This document shows positions 59,558 through 64,000 of a stretch of DNA of 64,000 nt, in pieces; position 1 is the stretch's first letter, and each line of letters begins with the position of its first letter. A model generated the notes under the pieces. It was not told the DNA's origin and searched no databases. It was given only the letters and a program-made list of their open reading frames with translations. A program made the position numbers and the translations under genes. The stretch spans positions 1,216,001 to 1,280,000 of the forward strand of contig OY969622.1 in NCBI GenBank assembly GCA_963701665.1. Reading direction: 5' to 3'. The DNA comes from Candidatus Babeliales bacterium (GTDB lineage: Bacteria; Babelota; Babeliae; Babelales; JANWKD01).

Positions 59558-61537
59558 CTATGATAATGGATGGGGCGTAAAAAAAAGTGAACTTTTGAAA
59601 TAGCGTTTATCGATTGTTTGGAATAACAAGGCAATGTGCGCCATACTTTCACTTTTTAAATACATTTTCCGTGCATAAAAATTTTTAATTTTATGCACCG
59701 GCGGTTTTGCAGGTCCAAGCACGGCAACCTCAAGATCGTGATCAGCAATTTTCTTGCGCAACACAGTACCTAAAAATTTCGCTTCTTTGTCAACAACTGA
59801 TTCATCATGATGTTTGAGTTCAAGTTCAACTAAACGAACAAAGGGAGGATATCTTAACTCTTTTCTGTGCACACTCTCGTGCTGATAATAAGAAAGGTAA
59901 TCGACCTCATGCAAATATTCAAAAAGTGGATTTTCGCGCATTGTCTGAATAATAACAAGACTCTTTTCATGTTGTCTTCCGGCGCGCCCTGCAACTTGAA
60001 TGAGCTGTTGCAACGCAACTTCCGAGGCATTATATAATGGCGTGTGAATTGCAAGATCCGCCCAAATGACGCCAACGAGTGTAACGCGCGGGAAATGATA
60101 GCCTTTAGTGATCGTCTGCGTGCCTACTAAAATGTCGATCGCGCCATCATGAAACGCGCGCACCGTTTGTTGCCATTTTTTTTTGTTGATCGTTACATCC
60201 ATATCCGCCCGTTCAATGCGCGCGTTTGGGAATAATTTTTGTAAAAGCGAAACCAATTGTTGCGTGCCGATTCCTTTTTTGAGCAACTGCGATTCATCTG
60301 CTTTACAACCTGGACATTGTTTTGGCATCGGCAACGTATAACCGCAATAATGGCACGTAAGCTGCTGATCTTCGTGCAACGTTAAACTTACTGAACAATT
60401 GGCACAGGTAATAATAAAACTGCATGCTGCACATTGCACAAAAAAGCTGTAGCCGCGCCGGTTTAAAAAAATAAGTATCTGTTCTTTTTTTGTTAAACGA
60501 TCCTGGATGGCATCTTCTAATTCTTTGCTGATCCAAAACGAACGCTTTTTTTTCATTTTATTGGTTAGTTCAACCAAAACAACCTGAGGGAAATTGCCAC
60601 TGAACCGTTTTTTTATTTGGAAAAAAGGCCAGCCTTTTTCTTTTACATTATAAAGGGATGTTAGCGATGGCGTTGCAGATCCTAAAAGAATCGGAATACC
60701 AGCAAGCTTTGCACGCATTAATGCCGCTTCTTTGGTGTTAATTTTGGGATGCTTTTTTTCTTGATAACCAACATCATGTTCTTCATCAATGATAATGAGC
60801 CCTAGATGTGCGATGGGTAACAAAATAGGTAAATGCACGCCGATAATGACACAAGGTGATTCGGCGCATAGCATCTGCCACAACCGTTTTTTTTCTTTTT
60901 GACTCGTGGCTGAATGGAAAGAAAGTAGTGGGATACTCGGATCCAATTGATTTTGCAAAAGCACCATAAATTGCACAGCTAAACTTACTTCAGGCAATAA
61001 TAACAAAACCGTTTTGCGCTGAGCAAAAGCAACTTCCATCAATTTTTTATAAATTTCTGTTTTGCCCGATCCTGTTACGCCGTGCAACACGGTTGGGCAA
61101 AACGCAGGATGCACGAGATATTCTTTTAAAAACGAGAACACTGCTTCTTGTTCTTGCGTAAGCACCGCACCCTTTTTGGGTTCCATCTCCGATGGCAACA
61201 ATTCGCGCGCAACGACATCATCGGTTGCACTCAACAAAAATTGACGCACTCGTTTAACAAAAAAAAGATAATCAACTTGATAATAATCAGCTAACTGCGC
61301 GACAAACTGTTGATAACACGCGTCTGAAGGAAACTGCTCAACATCTTCAAGATCTTTAATGACAAACGAGGTTTCAGGTTTTTGTTCAAAGACTTTTTCA
61401 ACAATCGCTGCACTCGTTTTATTTCTTATAGGCACGCGTACAAAAGAACCAACGCACGCTTTCTCTTGAGCATGCGAGGGAACTCCATAGATGAGAGGTT
61501 CTTGAAAACCTTTTAAAAGGCGAACTTGGACAAACAT
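59558..61537 (-). CDS. priA: Primosomal protein N'
   Basis: LHGVTGSGKTEIY, IIDEEHD..YQ, LNRRGY, Zn-binding CxxC array, GTQ, QVAGRAGR, YPPF. Confidence 0.96.
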   Translation of the reverse strand: MFVQVRLLKGFQEPLIYGVPSHAQEKACVGSFVRVPIRNKTSAAIVEKVFEQKPETSFVIKDLEDVEQFPSDACYQQFVAQLADYYQVDYLFFVKRVRQFLLSATDDVVARELLPSEMEPKKGAVLTQEQEAVFSFLKEYLVHPAFCPTVLHGVTGSGKTEIYKKLMEVAFAQRKTVLLLLPEVSLAVQFMVLLQNQLDPSIPLLSFHSATSQKEKKRLWQMLCAESPCVIIGVHLPILLPIAHLGLIIIDEEHDVGYQEKKHPKINTKEAALMRAKLAGIPILLGSATPSLTSLYNVKEKGWPFFQIKKRFSGNFPQVVLVELTNKMKKKRSFWISKELEDAIQDRLTKKEQILIFLNRRGYSFFVQCAACSFIITCANCSVSLTLHEDQQLTCHYCGYTLPMPKQCPGCKADESQLLKKGIGTQQLVSLLQKLFPNARIERADMDVTINKKKWQQTVRAFHDGAIDILVGTQTITKGYHFPRVTLVGVIWADLAIHTPLYNASEVALQQLIQVAGRAGRQHEKSLVIIQTMRENPLFEYLHEVDYLSYYQHESVHRKELRYPPFVRLVELELKHHDESVVDKEAKFLGTVLRKKIADHDLEVAVLGPAKPPVHKIKNFYARKMYLKSESMAHIALLFQTIDKRYFKSSLFFTPHPLS

Positions 61538-61541
61538 TATA

Positions 61542-62417
61542 TTATTGTTCTAAATTTAAAGTATCTTCGCGAGCTTTTTTGACTGCTAATTTAATGGCGC
61601 TGATTGTTTTAACGTCTGACTCCGTTATACAAAAATGCTGCGAACGCACTTTTTTGTTGGTAGCAAGCATATATATCCAGGCATAACTCACTAGCTGTTC
61701 TATTGCCCCCAGGCCACAAAAAATAGATGCTAAGCAAGGTTGCCCTGCAGCACAGGAAAGCCCTGCTGCCGAACAATTTGTGCTGCCACACGTGGAACAG
61801 GTAATTGGTACCATGATATCTATATTTGAAATTTGTTCTTCATGATATTTGCGTACTCGTAGATCAAAAAATCGTAAAGTGCCAGAACGAATTGTTATAT
61901 ATTCTTCAAGCTTTTTTTGATCGCCTTTTAAAAGCTTTGCCATTGTGTTTGTTGTACAAGTAAAACGGTTAAGATTGTCTTGGATAAGCCGTGGATTTAA
62001 TCGATCAGTTTCAATAACACCACACCATGAACGATTGCCTGCAAGATTTTTTGACGATGGTATAGTTTCCCACAAATCAACAGTACCATAAAAAGGATTT
62101 GTTGTGGCCTCACATACAAAACTAAGTGCTGGGTGTTGCCCATAAGTAACTGTTTTTAAATTCTTTTTATAAACACCATAAAAAATATTCTCAAATTGAT
62201 CAGTTGCATCCAAAAGATTAGTGCAAATAGCCTTATGAGCAACATTCTTATGTCGCCCATAGTGCATACACTCATAACTTATTAACTTTGACGCATCGGT
62301 ATACTCCATTGCCATTAAATGCAGGCCCCCCATTAAAATCAAAACACCCAAGCTTAATTTTTTTGAAATTTGTATATTAGAAAATTTTACCGATATAAAT
62401 TTGATTGTTTTTTGCAT
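61542..62417 (-). CDS. Hypothetical secreted/membrane protein
   Basis: Hydrophobic N-terminus then AME; Cys-rich hydrophobic C-terminal region; start uncertain. Confidence 0.65.
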   Translation of the reverse strand: MQKTIKFISVKFSNIQISKKLSLGVLILMGGLHLMAMEYTDASKLISYECMHYGRHKNVAHKAICTNLLDATDQFENIFYGVYKKNLKTVTYGQHPALSFVCEATTNPFYGTVDLWETIPSSKNLAGNRSWCGVIETDRLNPRLIQDNLNRFTCTTNTMAKLLKGDQKKLEEYITIRSGTLRFFDLRVRKYHEEQISNIDIMVPITCSTCGSTNCSAAGLSCAAGQPCLASIFCGLGAIEQLVSYAWIYMLATNKKVRSQHFCITESDVKTISAIKLAVKKAREDTLNLEQ

Positions 62418-62541
62418 AATTTCTATACTTTATTATATGAAAACGAACGTTTTTTATGGTAACTGCGGGCTTTTCACTCGTTTCATTATTACATTTTTTG
62501 TTAGTATACTCTTTTCCTCGTTCACAAAAAAGGATTTTAGC

Positions 62542-64000
62542 GTGACATTACCTAAAGCAAACGATGCAATTTTTCTTATAGATGGTTCTGGTTTTTTATA
62601 TCGTGCCTATTATGGCGTACGTCCTTTACATACTCCTCAAGGGATTCCCGTTCAGGCCGTCTATAGTTTCTGCCGCATGATTAAAAAAATTATGAACACA
62701 TTTCATCCCAAACATATGGCACTCGTGTGGGATAGTAAAGGCGAAACGATTCGTCATGAAATATATCCTGCGTATAAAGCGACACGCCAAGCCCCTCCAA
62801 GCGATCTTTTTGAACAAAAAAAATATATTCAACAATTTGCTGACCTTATTGGCCTGAAACAGATTGAAAAACCTGGCGTAGAGGCTGATGATTTATTATA
62901 TTCGCTTGCCCAAGATTACGCTCGCCAAGGAAAAGATGTCGTTATTTTAACGTCCGATAAAGATATGGCACAAACCCTCGGTGATCACGTAACAATATAT
63001 GACGCGTTTAAGGATGCCTTTATCACCCCCGCATCATTCTTAGAAGCAAAAGGATTTCCTATTGAGAAGTTACCTTTTTACTTTGCGCTGGTTGGCGACA
63101 CTTCGGATAATATACCCGGTGTAAAAGGCATTGGGGAAAAAACCGCGACTGAACTGGTGAAACAGTTCGCCTCTCTTGAAGATTTGTACGCGCGTATTGG
63201 CGAAGTTGCCAAAGAACGCACGCGCACTTTATTAACAGAACAAATAGCAAACGCGTTTTTAAGTGAGAAATTATTCCGCCTTCATTATTATGATTTACAA
63301 TATGCGGAACAAGCACTCGCTTTTGATCAAAACGCGTGGGCAAATGCACAACCACTTTTTAAAGAATTAAATTTTAAATCACTGCTAGAAGAAATTGCAA
63401 AAACAACACCTGAGGCTGTGCAGCCGGTAGCTTTGTTATCAGAAACAAAGGGATACAAATTTAAAACGGTCACCACCGAGCAAGAGCTTACGGCTGTTTG
63501 CGATGAAATAAAAAAAGCAAAAGTTTTCGCTTTTGATACAGAACTTGATGGCTTAAAGCCTCTTGAAAATCATCTTGTTGGCGTAAGTGTGTGTACCCAT
63601 AAGGGAACTGCTTATTATATTCCATTCGGCCATGTCACCGGCGAAAAACAACTTTCACGTGACGAAGTATTGCGCGCATTATCGCCGTTGTTGTTAGACC
63701 CAAACATAGAAAAATTCATGCATCATGCTAAATTTGATGAGCTTGCTTTGTGGCACTATAAGCAAGGCGTCAACAACCTGACTTTCGATACCATGCTTGC
63801 GGCACAACTTGTCACCCAAGATTGGCAACGCATTAATCTCAAAGCATTATCAGAACTCTATTTACATGAACCTATGCTCACATTTGCACAGATTGTTACT
63901 GATAAAAAATTAAAAAACTTTGCTGAAGTTCCTCTTGCAGGAGCAACTGAATATGCCGCAGCTGACGCACATCAAACCATGCAGCTTGTACCCATTTTAA
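62542..64000 (+). CDS. polA: DNA polymerase I, 5' part (runs off window; absent from ORF track)
   Basis: GTG start after AGGA; FLIDGSGFLYRAYY, EADD, TSDKD, LVGDTSDNIPGVKGIGEKTA, AFDTE 3'-5' exo motif. Confidence 0.95.
   Translation, partial: MTLPKANDAIFLIDGSGFLYRAYYGVRPLHTPQGIPVQAVYSFCRMIKKIMNTFHPKHMALVWDSKGETIRHEIYPAYKATRQAPPSDLFEQKKYIQQFADLIGLKQIEKPGVEADDLLYSLAQDYARQGKDVVILTSDKDMAQTLGDHVTIYDAFKDAFITPASFLEAKGFPIEKLPFYFALVGDTSDNIPGVKGIGEKTATELVKQFASLEDLYARIGEVAKERTRTLLTEQIANAFLSEKLFRLHYYDLQYAEQALAFDQNAWANAQPLFKELNFKSLLEEIAKTTPEAVQPVALLSETKGYKFKTVTTEQELTAVCDEIKKAKVFAFDTELDGLKPLENHLVGVSVCTHKGTAYYIPFGHVTGEKQLSRDEVLRALSPLLLDPNIEKFMHHAKFDELALWHYKQGVNNLTFDTMLAAQLVTQDWQRINLKALSELYLHEPMLTFAQIVTDKKLKNFAEVPLAGATEYAAADAHQTMQLVPIL

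Noticed and set aside
62626..63355. Two minus-strand ORFs near the window end
   Set aside because: Antisense to polA, which the track missed because it has no stop codon within the window.

Overview
AT-rich bacterial chromosomal segment. The gene content (ankyrin and eukaryote-like domain proteins, many Sec-signal hypothetical proteins, signal-bearing MutS-V protein, detached atpD-atpC pair) suggests an intracellular parasite of protists, most plausibly phylum Dependentiae/Babelota (TM6). This assignment is inference, not a database result. Housekeeping genes are lon, atpD, atpC, pth, skp/ompH, uvrC, clpB, hit, pilC-like, ogt, ligD-type ligase, priA and the 5' part of polA, plus four tRNAs. 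Between them lie candidate secreted host effectors: a USP deubiquitinase, a RING protein, two F-box-like/ankyrin paralogs, zinc-finger proteins, a PPP phosphatase, a macrodomain/PARG-like protein and a carotenoid-oxygenase homolog lacking all four iron-binding histidines. Four of these share a 19-residue leucine motif, and nine secreted proteins begin Met-Glu/Asp right after the signal peptide. An 8-kb three-gene operon encodes large secreted proteins with shared translocon/pore-like architecture. Mobile and repeat DNA includes three perfect head-to-tail IS200-like copies, an IS481-family element inserted into a REP-like dimer, five TGTCAT..ATGACA palindrome dimers, and modular palindromes anchored on the CCA end of all four tRNAs. 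There are also two candidate sRNA loci.
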